Shown here: piece by piece, positions 24,401 to 35,859 of the stretch
Numbering within the stretch: position 1 is the first letter of the stretch
How the letters are laid out: each line of letters opens with the position of its first letter
Assembly (NCBI GenBank): GCA_032718475.1
Contig: JAUCBJ010004840.1
Span: 13,297 to 77,296 of the forward strand
Length of the DNA stretch: 64,000 nt
Source of the DNA: Nemertoderma westbladi
Lineage: Eukaryota > Animalia > Xenacoelomorpha
Direction of reading: 5' to 3'
Notes under the pieces: model-generated
Told to the model about the DNA's origin: nothing
Database searches by the model: none
The model's input: only the letters and a program-made list of their open reading frames with translations
Position numbers and translations under genes: made by a program

Positions 24401-26384
24401 ATTACACTGTAGAAATGTAGAAGGCAGGTGTAAATTCGCTTTCCACATATTACTTCAGAAAAGGGAAATTATTCAGATTTTATCAACTTTTTCAAAGAGT
24501 AAATCACTTCTTAAAAATCAGGTCATTTTTCTTATCATATTCTAAATGAAAAAACAGTCCATCTGTCGTTTAGACTGATATAAAATATAATATAAGATTT
24601 ATATTATAAATCATCATAGTCTAGAAATGTTGGGTGTATATGTGTTTAACATCAACATTATGGCCTTACTGATTGGTAAATTAGTGACAGTCAAAATTTT
24701 ACTAAACGTACGAGTAACTACACCAAACAATCTGCCTTGTCGAACTAGGATTACCAGAAATAAGTGCAAAAATAAAAAGTTCAATGGTTAGACTATTGAA
24801 AACCTGGGATATTAATGACCCGGTATATATTATTTACAATATGTGTAAGAAAGTTGAATTTATATTTGGAAAATCTTATTAATACGAATAGAAATGATTT
24901 TGTGCATTGTAATATATTTTGTTTGAAGGACTCCAATAGAGAAAGAGAGATGGCTCTAAAAATAAAACATATCTTGACATAAACCCTAATCTATCCGTGC
25001 ATTCAATTTATAGTGAATCAATTAATTTTATTCCAGATAGTAAGCGCGTAAATTTTAGCAGATTTCGGTTAAGCTCGCACCGTCTACGTATAGAAATGGG
25101 CCGTTGGACCCGCATGCCAAGTAGTGATCGTGTTTGTAATTGAGATGGTAATACAGTACAGAATGAACATCATATGAAATTTTAACGTGGCCTAAAACTG
25201 CCTTTATAAGAAGCAAGTATCGGTATACAGTAGTATTAATTGTACACTGCATTTGTATGTTCGATTTTATGGCTCAGTTTTCTAATAATATAATAGTAAG
25301 TGTAATTACAGAATGTATAGAAGTGCTCGATAATTAGAACTTTAAGAAGAAGTAAATTTATTAGTATTAAGTTGGACTGTATTAATGTTGGGTTGTCGCA
25401 ATAGTTATTATATATGTATGTAACTGTAAATATTTATTTACTTGATTTAAATGGGAAGATGTGGTCAATAAATATATTTATATATCAGCGAATACCTAGA
25501 CTAAACCAGGTCCAACCAGTTGGCGTTTTAAAGGCATTTATTTTTTATGAATACACCATAAAAAAACTGTTTCAAGTGGGTCTCCCAGTTTTTAAAGCTT
25601 TTATAATTTATTTCGTTGCCGAGACACATTTAAACTATTTTGGTATAAAACAAGACAACGATTTGCAAAAGTGATTAAGGTCTCCGATATTTAGTCAAAC
25701 TTATTCGCAAGAATGCTCATATAGCATGATGGTCTGAACATGGCCTAGGTCGGAAGGACGCATCGACATCTCACAAGAAATAGGTATTGTTAAAATTGCT
25801 AGGAAACGATATAAACAATATCCTATGTCAGTGAAGAAATGATTACAGCTTTTGCAGTATACCTACCGGTACCGGTATAATTCGTAACATATTTTAGATT
25901 AGATAAGAAAATGTAAAATTACCTGTGAAAGTAAAACACGAAACACCGAAGGCAACCCATAGGTTCCTCTCTAATTTGGCTATTACGTGTAAGGTAGGGT
26001 GTGCACCACTGCCACACTAACTCCCAAGGTGACTCTCTCAACCCTTTTCTTGCTACCCCACCAAAATCATGGCTGCATGGTTCCAATTGTACCGCTGGGT
26101 TTTCGTAGGTGCCAACGTAATTTTTGTAACGTAACGTGCTGGTAGGGACACAACAGTGGCGGTGATCAAAGTTACCATTAATTTATTATAGCAGTACAGG
26201 CCAACACTGATACAGAAAAATGTTGGCCTATAGGCCTACCTTTCTTTAAGAAGTCCTAATAGGCCAACTAATATACATCCTAATAGGCTAACCTCTGTCA
26301 GTACGGTATGTAATTGGTTGCTTGATTTTATTTTATTTCAAACTAACAAATTTCTCGTTGCGGAGTGGCACATCGCTTTTCACA

Positions 26385-27564
26385 ATGAGTGCCCAAGTAG
26401 TAACTGCAGGTAATTGGGATGTTTCGATTGAATCTGAGAAGAAATTGAGCAAGAAGGGTAAAAAAGGTAAACGAAAGGGGAAGGGGAAGGGAAGTAAATC
26501 GAAGGGAAAGCAATTGGTTAAAATACAGGAAGATGCTGAATATCTAGGTTTATTATCAGACGAAGATAAAATGTTAGTCCAAAGAGAAAACAAAAGTAAG
26601 AAGAAGAAAACGTTAAAGTTCCTTTTAGTTGGCGATATGCATTTGGAACGAATGAAACGGGAGAAAACCTTGATGATAAAGTCGGATAATGTGCTCCGGG
26701 ATAGTCGGGAGCTGCATCCACGAAACGTTTACGACGTAGTTCTGCATGGACACACGATATCTACGGTTGAGAATCTCGAGAAGTTCACCAGATGTCGGAT
26801 TCTCGACTTGTCTTGCAACCGGATTAAACGAATACAGGGCTTGGAAACTCTTATAGAATTGCAGGAACTGAAACTTTATGGAAACGAGATAGAAAGTGTG
26901 ACAGGTTTGGATTATCTTACTGAACTTGTTTCTCTCTCGCTGCAATACAACCGTATCAACTCTCTTGGTAAGGGTCTCCACTGTCTACGAAAGCTCCAGG
27001 TACTTCGTCTCGATGGAAACACGCTGGAGGTTCTAGAACCGGCTTCCTTTACAAAGAGCCCCGAACTTCTCAATCTCGATCTCAGTAACAACAAACTCGA
27101 ACGATTATCGGCCATAAAATACGCGAATAAGTTGCGCGAGTTGAATGTTGTTGGTAACCGGTTGAATAAAGCGGATGTTGGTTCCTGTTTCAACCTCACA
27201 GAAGTAGACCTTTCCAGTAACTTTATAACTGATGTTTCTCCGTTACAACATCTAAGGAAGATAGAGGTAATTAAGTTAGATCGGAATCTGGTTACTTCGA
27301 ACGGACTCCTATTGGCTGGTACGTTGCCATCGTTACGGGAACTACACATCGCACATAATAAACTATCATCTCTAGCCGGGATTAATAAACAGTTTAGTGG
27401 GTTGGTCGTGTTTAATGTAAGTTATAATTGCGTCGCAGAGTGGGATGAAGTTCTGCAATCGGTTCATATGAGACGGCTTCAGGAATTTTGTTGTCATGGG
27501 AACCCGTTTGCTAAGAGTAAACCGGATTACCACGAAGAGTTGATGGAGTTGCTTCCGAATTTGA
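26385..27564 (+). CDS. LRR gene exon 1
   Basis: First ATG (ACAATGAGT) inside ORF 26322-27575; donor TTGA|GTAAGT. Confidence 0.9.
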
Positions 27565-30178
27565 GTAAGTCTTAGAGACAATGAGAGTAAGTTTCACAGA
27601 AAACGAGAGTAAGTCGTAAGTCTTTAAAGACAATGAGAATAAGTCTTACAGACAATGAGAGTAAGTTTTACAGTAAACGATAGTAAGTCTTCTAGACACT
27701 GATAATAAGTCTTACAGACAATGAGAGTAATGTTCACTGAAAACGGGAGTAAGTCTTAAAAAGACAATGCGAATAAGTCTTACAGACAATGAGAGTAAGT
27801 TTCGCAGTAAACGAGAGTAAGTCTTAAAGACAATGGGAATAAGTCTTAAAGGCAATGAGAATAAGTCTTATTGACAACGATAGTAAGTATCATAAACAGT
27901 GAGAGTAAGTCGCATAGCCATTCTACAGTATATGAGAGTAAGTCAAGACCAATCAGTACACAGTATAATTTTTCAGTCCATCTACATCCACATATCTACA
28001 AACGTGATTTAAAATTATTATTAGATAATTTATGTAATCCTATGCGCATGGCGACATTTTCTTCATTAGGTATGCTCAATGATGCTGTTACGGCTAAGAA
28101 ACCGACGCCGCGGGCATTCCTGCCAGGCCAGACGCACCCGGAACTACCGTTAATCCGACCCCTAACTGTACAGACAGCTTTGAGTTGTCGTCACGTTTCC
28201 ACCCAACTTCGCGAGATCGAGCAGGGATTGGCGGAGGACAGCCGCTTTATTGCATCCACATTCGATTCGTTAAGACTCACTATGTACAATCTGGGCACTT
28301 GGAGGGGCGATGACCTTAAACTCACAGACAGACCGACGCCACCACCCTCTACCGAAGTAGGTCGAAAAGGGGGGAGGGGCGTGTGGTCGCAGTATGAGTG
28401 TCGATTATGGCGAATGTTTGATAATTATGATTATTTAAATGACGAAATAATAGTTTTTAAAAAAAAAATTGTAAAATCATAAAAAACATATATAATCCTA
28501 ACTCTAAACTAAAATATGCCTAGCATAAATCTAATCAACACGCTTATGATTATATGTATCTTTACATTTGTGCTATTTATCCAGGAATTAGAAGCGGCGA
28601 CAGCTAATCTTGCGATAACCGGACCTTTGGATTCTGAACCATTGGAAGAAGCCGCTTCTCCTGAGCCGTTACCCTATATCGACCCTACGGCGCTGTTAGC
28701 ACCTTTAGAATCACGGTTAGTCTGTTACATACTTTGGAAATTTATTTTAATATAATTAAATAACTTTATTTGTTGTAAGTCACTTTTTTCAAATTCGTTA
28801 ACAAGTTTGACAAAAAAGAACACTTTTTTGTCAACAAAAAAAAAAATGTTCGAATTAAATTTCAAAGTAATTTCCTTGACATCAATAATAACGTTGCATA
28901 ATAATATTTAATATTTTAGAATATTAGGATATCATAATAGAGCCTACAGTATACTACACCCGCCTACAGTATACTACACCCGCCTACAGTATACTACACC
29001 CGCCTACAGTATACTACACCCGCCTACAGTATACTACACCCGCCTACAGTATACTACACCCGCCTACAGTATACTACACCCGCCTACAGTATACTACACC
29101 CGCCTACAGTATACTACACCCGCCTACAGTATACTACACCCGCCTACAGTATACTACACCCGCCTACAGTATACTACACCCGCCTACAGTATACTACACC
29201 CGCCTACAGTATACTACACCCGCCTACAGTATACTACACCCGCCTACAGTATACTACACCCGCCTACAGTATACTACACCCGCCTACAGTATACTACACC
29301 CGCCTACAGTATACTACACCCGCCTACAGTATACTACACCCGCCTACAGTATACTACACCCGCCTACAGTATACTACACCCGCCTACAGTATACTACACC
29401 CGCCTACAGTATACTACACCCGCCTACAGTATACTACACCCGCCTACAGTATACTACACCGGCCTACAGTATACTACACCCGCCTACAGTATACTACACC
29501 CGCCTACTACACCCGCCTATTTTATTATTGAGATTTATTATCCCTAGATTTGAGTAGATCTATGCTATAACTCTTCTGAGAATATCTGATGTGCCGACAC
29601 GCCGTTGTTAGGGAGTTGTTCATCATAATATTCACTAGATGGTGGAAGCCAGGGGTCTATCTCCCTCAAAACTAAACAAAATAAGATGAGTTTTCTAACG
29701 ATTTCTGCCAATTTAGGCCTTAGGGCAGAAATCGATAGAGAACTCATCTTATTTTGTTTACTTTTGAGGGAGATAGACCCCTGGCTTCCACCATTTAGTG
29801 AATCTTCTGAGAATGACTTCATAGTGATACTTTATGAATTTTATGCTATTTGTGCTTCCATACCCCAGCCATGAAGTATAATTATTGTTTATTTACAGAA
29901 CGACTGACGACGGATATGACGAAGTTGAATTAAATGAAATGACGTCTCACATGGCTCCTTCCTCTAATATACCAATCACAGGCGCCCTTGGTACTAGCGA
30001 TGGGAATGAGTTTGGATTGGATAGGTTGTCGAGTGAGTTGAGTTCAACACCAAGTACTCGAGCAAGTTCGGCAGCGGACCAACCCAATGAACCTGCTAAT
30101 TCATCGAGAATAAGTAGTGCTAGGCAACGGTTAATTAACGCCAAGGACTACGCAGATAGTATCGTCAGTGATTCCTAA
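26385..30178 (+). CDS. 4-exon gene, 625 aa: SDS22/PPP1R7-type leucine-rich repeat protein with a Lys-rich N-terminus
   Basis: Exons 26385-27564, 28070-28356, 28585-28715 and 29899-30178; GT-AG, phases 1,0,2; 1878 nt open. About 11-12 22-aa LRRs (LDLSCNRIKRIQGLETL type). The LRR cap GNPF...YHEELMELLPNL-SMLND spans intron 1. Confidence 0.9.
27563..27945 (+). repeat. Degenerate ~22-bp tandem repeat starting at the intron-1 donor
   Basis: Unit approximately GAGAGTAAGTCTTACAGACAAT. GTAAGT occurs at 27565, 27587, 27609, 27616, 27661, 27683, 27749, 27795, 27817, 27883, 27905 and 27938. Confidence 0.9.
28070..28356 (+). CDS. LRR gene exon 2
   Basis: Acceptor TTTTCTTCATTAG|, donor GAA|GTAGGT; 287 nt. 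Confidence 0.82.
28585..28715 (+). CDS. LRR gene exon 3
   Basis: Acceptor TATTTATCCAG|, donor CACG|GTTAGT; 131 nt. Confidence 0.82.
28942..29519. repeat. Near-perfect 20-bp tandem repeat (~28 copies) in LRR intron 3
   Basis: (CGCCTACAGTATACTACACC)n; contains the palindrome AGTATACT. Confidence 0.99.
29630..29803. mobile_element. 174-bp palindromic (hairpin) MITE-like element in LRR intron 3
   Basis: About 80-bp arms, ATTCACTAGATGGTGGAAGCCAGGGG...GATTTCTGCC and GGCAGAAATC...CCCCTGGCTTCCACCATTTAGTGAAT, around a 14-nt loop. Confidence 0.8.
29899..30178 (+). CDS. LRR gene exon 4 (terminal)
   Basis: Acceptor TTTATTTACAG| in phase 2; encodes RTTDDGYDEVELNE...AKDYADSIVSDS*. Confidence 0.82.
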
Positions 30179-30214
30179 GTTTTATTTTGGACATATTTTG
30201 TTATTGTCGGTCTA

Positions 30215-31427
30215 CGCAGCTCTCCTACGCAGTCTGTTACTAACACCATGTAGACATACACACTACACAGGTCTCGTACGCATTCTGTTATTGACCCCAT
30301 GTAGGCCCACACACTACACAGGTCTCGTACGCAGTCTGTTATTGGCCCCATGTAGGCCCACACACTACGCAGGTCTCGCACGCAGTCTGTTATTGGCCCC
30401 ATGTAGGCCCACACACTACACAGGTCTCGTACGCAGTCTGTTATTGGCCCCATGTAGGCCCACACACTACACAGGTCTCGTACGCAGTCTGTTATTGGCC
30501 CCATGATGGCCCACACACTACACAGATATCGTACGCAGTCTGTTATTGGCCCCATGTAGGCCCACACACTACACAGGTCTCGTACGCAGTCTGTTATTGG
30601 CCCCATGTAGGCCCACACACTACACAGGTCTCGTACGCAGTCTGTTATTGGCCCCATGTAGGCCCACACACAACACAGGTCTCGTACGCAGTCTGTTATT
30701 GGCCCCATGTAGGCCCACACACTACACAGATCTCGTACGCAGTCTGTTATTGACCCCATGTAGGCCCACACACTATACAGGTCTCGTACGCAGTCTGTTA
30801 TTGGCCCCATGTAGGCCCACACACTACACAGGTCTCGTACGCAGTCTGTTATTGGCCCCATGTAGGCTCACACACTACACAGGTCTCGTACGCAGTCTGT
30901 TATTGGCCCCATGATGGCCCACACACTACACAGGTCTCGTACGCAGTCTGTTATTGGCCCCATGTAGGCCCACACACTACACAGGTCTCGTACGCAGTCT
31001 GTTATTGGCCCCATGATGGCCCACACACTACACAGGTCTCGTACGCAGTCTGTTATTGGCCCCATGTAGGCTCACACACTACACAGGTCTCGTACGCAGT
31101 CTGTTATTGGCCGCATGTAGACATAAACACATCTCTCCTACACAGTCTGTTATTGGCCCCATGTAGGCTCACACACTACACAGGTATCGTACGCAGTCTG
31201 TTATTGGCCGCATGTAGACATAAACACATCTCTCCTACGCAGTCTGTTATTGGCCCCATGTAGGCTCACACACTACACAGGTATCGTACGCAGTCTGTTA
31301 TTGGCCGCATGTAGACATAAACACATCTCTCCTACGCAGTCTGTTATTGGCCCCATGTAGGCTCACACACTACACAGGTATCGTACGCAGTCTGTTATTG
31401 GCCGCATGTAGACATAAACACATCTCT
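30215..31427. repeat. 51-bp minisatellite, left block, starting ~35 bp after the LRR stop codon
   Basis: Unit CACACTACACAGGTCTCGTACGCAGTCTGTTATTGGCCCCATGTAGGCCCA; switches to a 97-bp (51+46) dimer from ~31070. Confidence 0.97.
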
Positions 31428-31698
31428 TGTAATAAAGTTATTACAGTAGATTTATACTATTTTATACTGTATACTTCTTTTGGTGAAGGTTTACTACCGG
31501 GACAGTGCTGATAGATGATTATTGATTGAGAGACAAGCCAGCAAGCAGATTATTATATATTTAGTATTGTCTGACAGCTGACCCCTTTTTCTTGCTGCTT
31601 TAGCTGACTGCCGGATGCAGTCAGCATTATGTTCGACTGAAGGCTGACTGTTGGATACAGTCAGCACTTATATATTTGGTGTGCGTATATTCCGCACA
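31428..31698 (+). repeat. 5' LTR
   Basis: TGTAATAAAG...TTCCGCACA; no difference from the 3' LTR seen by eye. Confidence 0.95.
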
Positions 31699-31701
31699 TT
31701 T

Positions 31702-31720
31702 TGGTGCCTGGACCCGGATC
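31702..31720 (+). other. Primer-binding site, tRNA-His-like
   Basis: TGGTGCCTGGACCCGGATC resembles the complement of the tRNA-His 3' end (TGGTGCCGTGACTCGGATT), a common BEL/Pao primer. Confidence 0.65.
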
Positions 31721-32103
31721 CTGTTGAATGAAGGAATATAATCGGTGTTTGGGAATACTGTTTGGCAGTTTGGTGAATACTGGAATACCTACTGCAGTAC
31801 TGAACTGGAGTAATTAATCAGATAGGCTCAAACTGCAAACTGTTATATTTGGATACAGTACAGCAGTAAACTGCATATTCGACGGACGTACCTGTATCTA
31901 CGGTCAGACGGTTAGGCCTAATGAGCCTATTGGCCTACCTATATTCATATTGCTGTATTAGTCAGTACTGGTATATAACGGTACCGGTACTGCATTTCTG
32001 CATTCGGAAATAAACTGGAACTGTGACACAACGCAAATTACGAAGTCAATCCGGCCAGAAATATTTGTAATTTAATCTACCTAACCTAGGCCTTGTAGAT
32101 AGA

Positions 32104-33738
32104 ATGGCTGAACCGTTGGGTAAGTTAAGGAAACGGAGAGCAGGTCATAAAGCAACCGCTACTCGTTTAATGGGAGATCTCCATGGCGAAATGTACTCAG
32201 ATTTCACCAACCGTACATTACACGATGATGTCAATGTTGAAACTATAGAGGATTTATCCGAGGGATTGCGAAATCAGAGGGCGAAAATAGCTGAGTTGAC
32301 TGAGGAGATTCAACATCTTGTAGAAGATGAAGATCAGTTAGTTACCGAAATCAATTCATCTGCTAAGGATGACATGCAGATAGGTTCCTTATTGCGTCGA
32401 GTAGATAAGTTATTAGGTCTAAGTAATTCTGTAAGTCAGCATGGCCAAATCCACCCTTCTGATCACATCGGTTTTAATCCGGAAAATACTGGGTTAGATA
32501 GAACCCAGATAGGAAATACGAGGCCTATGGGATTAACCCCTCAGAAGCTTCCAAACCTTAAACTTCCAAAATTTAGTGGCGATCCGATAGAATGGCCCAA
32601 TTTCTGGGATCGATTTGAGGATGCAATACATAAGAGAACTGATCTAGCTGGAGCCACTAAATTTACGTATCTAGAAGGCCAACTCTCTGGTGAGGCTTCT
32701 TCTTTAGTAACAAACTTCCAGAGAAGTAATGATGATTATATTGAGGCCATTGAACTTCTTAGGACTACTTATGGTCAGAAAAAGTTAATTATGAGGGCTC
32801 GTCTCAATACTGTGTTCGATATGGAGTCTCCTAAAGCGACTTCGAAGGATTTAGCTTCATTTCGAGCAAATTATGAAGCGCAACTGCGTGGAATCAAACA
32901 GCTAGGAGGTAATGTGGAGGAATCTGGCTACGTATACGCCGAACTAATTCTTCGTAAGCTTCCTGCTTCAGTTCGTAGTAATATAAATAGGGCCGCTCGC
33001 TCCACTTATTGGACGCTTGAGGAGTTACGGGTAGCTCTAAATGATGAAATCGAACAGTTAAGGTCTACTGAGTCACAAAGTACTTACCTAAAACCTCATA
33101 ATAACTATGGTAGTAAATTTAAAAGCGATAGTAGAAATTCATCAGCCAATTCTTTGGGTTCTGAAACTGGAGGAACACTTGGCTCTTTCAGCACGACAGC
33201 AAGTACACCATTCGATAGGAAACGCAGACCGGTTTCCTGTTATCTATGTAAGGCAGATCATCCTGCCCGATTGTGTGACCAGTATAAGACTCCAAATCTT
33301 AAATTAGCTCGAGTTAGAGAATTGCGTTTATGTACAAGATGTCTTAGACATAGACATTCAGAAGGTAAACCATGTCTCAGTGAGGAAGGTTGTCAAGTAT
33401 GTAGGAAGGGTCACCATACCATTCTCCATTTGGATTCTAAACCAAATCCTAGTACAGTTGCAGCTATTACATCTGATACAGGGGATGTTTGTTTGGCAAC
33501 TTCGGGTGGATCTACATTACTTCCTACCGCAATCTGTCCTATAAGATTCCTAAATGATGGGAAGGAGGATGATTACTCTGTTCGTACAATTCTCGATCAA
33601 GCTGCACAACGTACTTTTATACTCCGTCGAATTGTCAAGGCATTAGGATTGGAGACAATTAATAAAGTTTCATCTTATTATGACGATATTAGTGAGTCTT
33701 CAAAGTCTGAGTGCAGTTCTGGAAGTGAAAGTTTTTAG
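32104..33738 (+). CDS. gag: BEL/Pao Gag (DUF1759-type capsid, three Zn knuckles) fused to a truncated aspartic protease, 544 aa
   Basis: KLPNLKLPKFSGDPIEWPNFWDRF; knuckles CYLCKADHPARLC, CTRCLRHRHSEGKPC and CQVCRKGHHTILH; protease-like ILDQAAQRTFI. The frame is uninterrupted. Confidence 0.93.
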   Translation: MAEPLGKLRKRRAGHKATATRLMGDLHGEMYSDFTNRTLHDDVNVETIEDLSEGLRNQRAKIAELTEEIQHLVEDEDQLVTEINSSAKDDMQIGSLLRRVDKLLGLSNSVSQHGQIHPSDHIGFNPENTGLDRTQIGNTRPMGLTPQKLPNLKLPKFSGDPIEWPNFWDRFEDAIHKRTDLAGATKFTYLEGQLSGEASSLVTNFQRSNDDYIEAIELLRTTYGQKKLIMRARLNTVFDMESPKATSKDLASFRANYEAQLRGIKQLGGNVEESGYVYAELILRKLPASVRSNINRAARSTYWTLEELRVALNDEIEQLRSTESQSTYLKPHNNYGSKFKSDSRNSSANSLGSETGGTLGSFSTTASTPFDRKRRPVSCYLCKADHPARLCDQYKTPNLKLARVRELRLCTRCLRHRHSEGKPCLSEEGCQVCRKGHHTILHLDSKPNPSTVAAITSDTGDVCLATSGGSTLLPTAICPIRFLNDGKEDDYSVRTILDQAAQRTFILRRIVKALGLETINKVSSYYDDISESSKSECSSGSESF

Positions 33739-33868
33739 TAACAAATGACGGATTTGTAGTTAGTTAATATGTATTGTTCAGTAATTGTTATTTACGAAAG
33801 ATGTTTGTAATAATTTTAGTTTATATTATTTGCAACTGTACCCAATTGATTATTTTTGGGCGGGAGAA

Positions 33869-34139
33869 TGTAATAAAGTTATTACAGTAGATTTATACTA
33901 TTTTATACTGTATACTTCTTTTGGTGAAGGTTTACTACCGGGACAGTGCTGATAGATGATTATTGATTGAGAGACAAGCCAGCAAGCAGATTATTATATA
34001 TTTAGTATTGTCTGACAGCTGACCCCTTTTTCTTGCTGCTTTAGCTGACTGCCGGATGCAGTCAGCATTATGTTCGACTGAAGGCTGACTGTTGGATACA
34101 GTCAGCACTTATATATTTGGTGTGCGTATATTCCGCACA
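33869..34139 (+). repeat. 3' LTR
   Basis: Direct repeat of 31428-31698, preceded by the PPT. Confidence 0.95.
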
Positions 34140-35368
34140 TCTATCCTACGCAGTCTGTTATTGGCCCCATGTAGGCTCACACACTACACAGGTATCGTAC
34201 GCAGTCTGTTATTGGCCGCATGTAGACATAAACACATCTCTCCTACACAGTCTGTTATTGGCCCCATGTAGGCTCACACACTACACAGGTATCGTACGCA
34301 GTCTGTTATTGGCCGCATGTAGACATAAACACATCTCTCCTACACAGTCTGTTATTGACCCCATGTAGGCTCACACACTACACAGGTATCGTACGCAGTC
34401 TGTTATTGGCCGCATGTAGACATAAACACATCTCTCCTACGCAGTCTGTTATTGGCCCCATGTAGGCTCACACACTACACAGGTATCGTACGCAGTCTGT
34501 TATTGGCCGCATGTAGACATAAACACATCTCTCCTACACAGTCTGTTATTGGCCCCATGTAGGCTCACACACTACACAGGTATCGTACGCAGTCTGTTAT
34601 TGGCCGCATGTAGACATAAACACATCTCTCCTACGCAGTCTGTTATTGGCCCCATGTAGGCTCACACACTACACAGGTCTCGTACGCAGTCTGTTATTGG
34701 CCCCATGATGGCCCACACACTACACAGGTCTCGTACGCAGTCTGTTATTGGCCCCATGATGGCCCACACACTACACAGGTATCGTACGCAGTCTGTTATT
34801 GGCCCCATGTAGGCTCACACACTACACAGGTCTCGTACGCAGTCTGTTATTGGCCGCATGTAGACATAAACACATCTCTCCTACACAGTCTGTTATTGGC
34901 CCCATGTAGGCTCACACACTACACAGGTATCGTACGCAGTCTGTTATTGGCCGCATGTAGACATAAACACATCTCTCCTACGCAGTCTGTTATTGACCCC
35001 ATGTAGGCCCACACACTACACAGGTATCGTACGCAGTCTGTTATTGGCCGCATGTAGACATAAACACATCTCTCCTACACAGTCTGTTATTGACCCCATG
35101 TAGGCTCACACACTACACAGGTATCGTACGCAGTCTGTTATTGGCCGCATGTAGACATAAACACATCTCTCCTACGCAGTCTGTTATTGACCCCATGTAG
35201 GCCCACACACTACACATCTCTCCTACACAGTCTGTTACTGACACCATGTAGACCTACACACAGCTCTCCTACACAGTCTGTTACTGACACCATGTAGACC
35301 TACACACAGCTCTCCTACACCGTCTGTCACTGACACCATATAGACCTACACACAGCTCTACTACACAC
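34140..35368. repeat. 51/97-bp minisatellite, right block
   Basis: Resumes in register after the LTR, mostly as the 97-bp dimer, and ends in ~44-bp degenerate units resembling the first unit at 30215. Confidence 0.97.
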
Positions 35369-35859
35369 ATGCAGTTTTACGATCTGTTGATTAAAGTAGA
35401 TGTAACGGTTTCATTACAGGAGGTCTCTATTGTGATATATCTCGTACGATCTCGTACGGATCTTGTACGACGCAGAATATCGATTGAAAGTTTGAATATT
35501 GTTGTGTACCCAATAATGTTAATGTTGTTCTTTACTTTACACGTATCAGTCGAATCTCCTTTATGAAATCATCGTTTCACTCAAATTGTATGTAATAGTA
35601 ATTACCTTTTTTTAGCCTTTTTTCTCTGTAAGATTGCATGAGATTACATTACGGATCGCTCGGAATATTTCTCGGTCCACTTAAGGTCTAGTAGCTATTT
35701 GTTTTTATATAATTTTCTCCATAAAATGGCCTTAAACATACTTTTAATAAACTTCCATTCTCGTTATATATTACCTTTTCACTTGGTTTGTCTAATAGTA
35801 TATCCATTACGTCCAGGAAAACAGCGTATTGCGTTTATTGACTTGTGATACGTATTTCC

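Larger units (their letters stand above)
31428..34139 (+). mobile_element. BEL/Pao LTR retrotransposon, internally deleted (gag + partial protease, no RT/RNase H/integrase)
   Basis: 271-bp TG...CA LTRs at 31428-31698 and 33869-34139. PBS TGGTGCCTGGACCCGGAT; PPT GGGCGGGAGAA. 5-bp TSD TCTCT/TCTAT (one mismatch). Total length 2712 bp. Confidence 0.95.

Noticed and set aside
26322-26384. ORF-track start at 26322 for the LRR protein
   Set aside because: It is a non-ATG start in T-rich, intron- or UTR-like sequence; the first ATG is at 26385.
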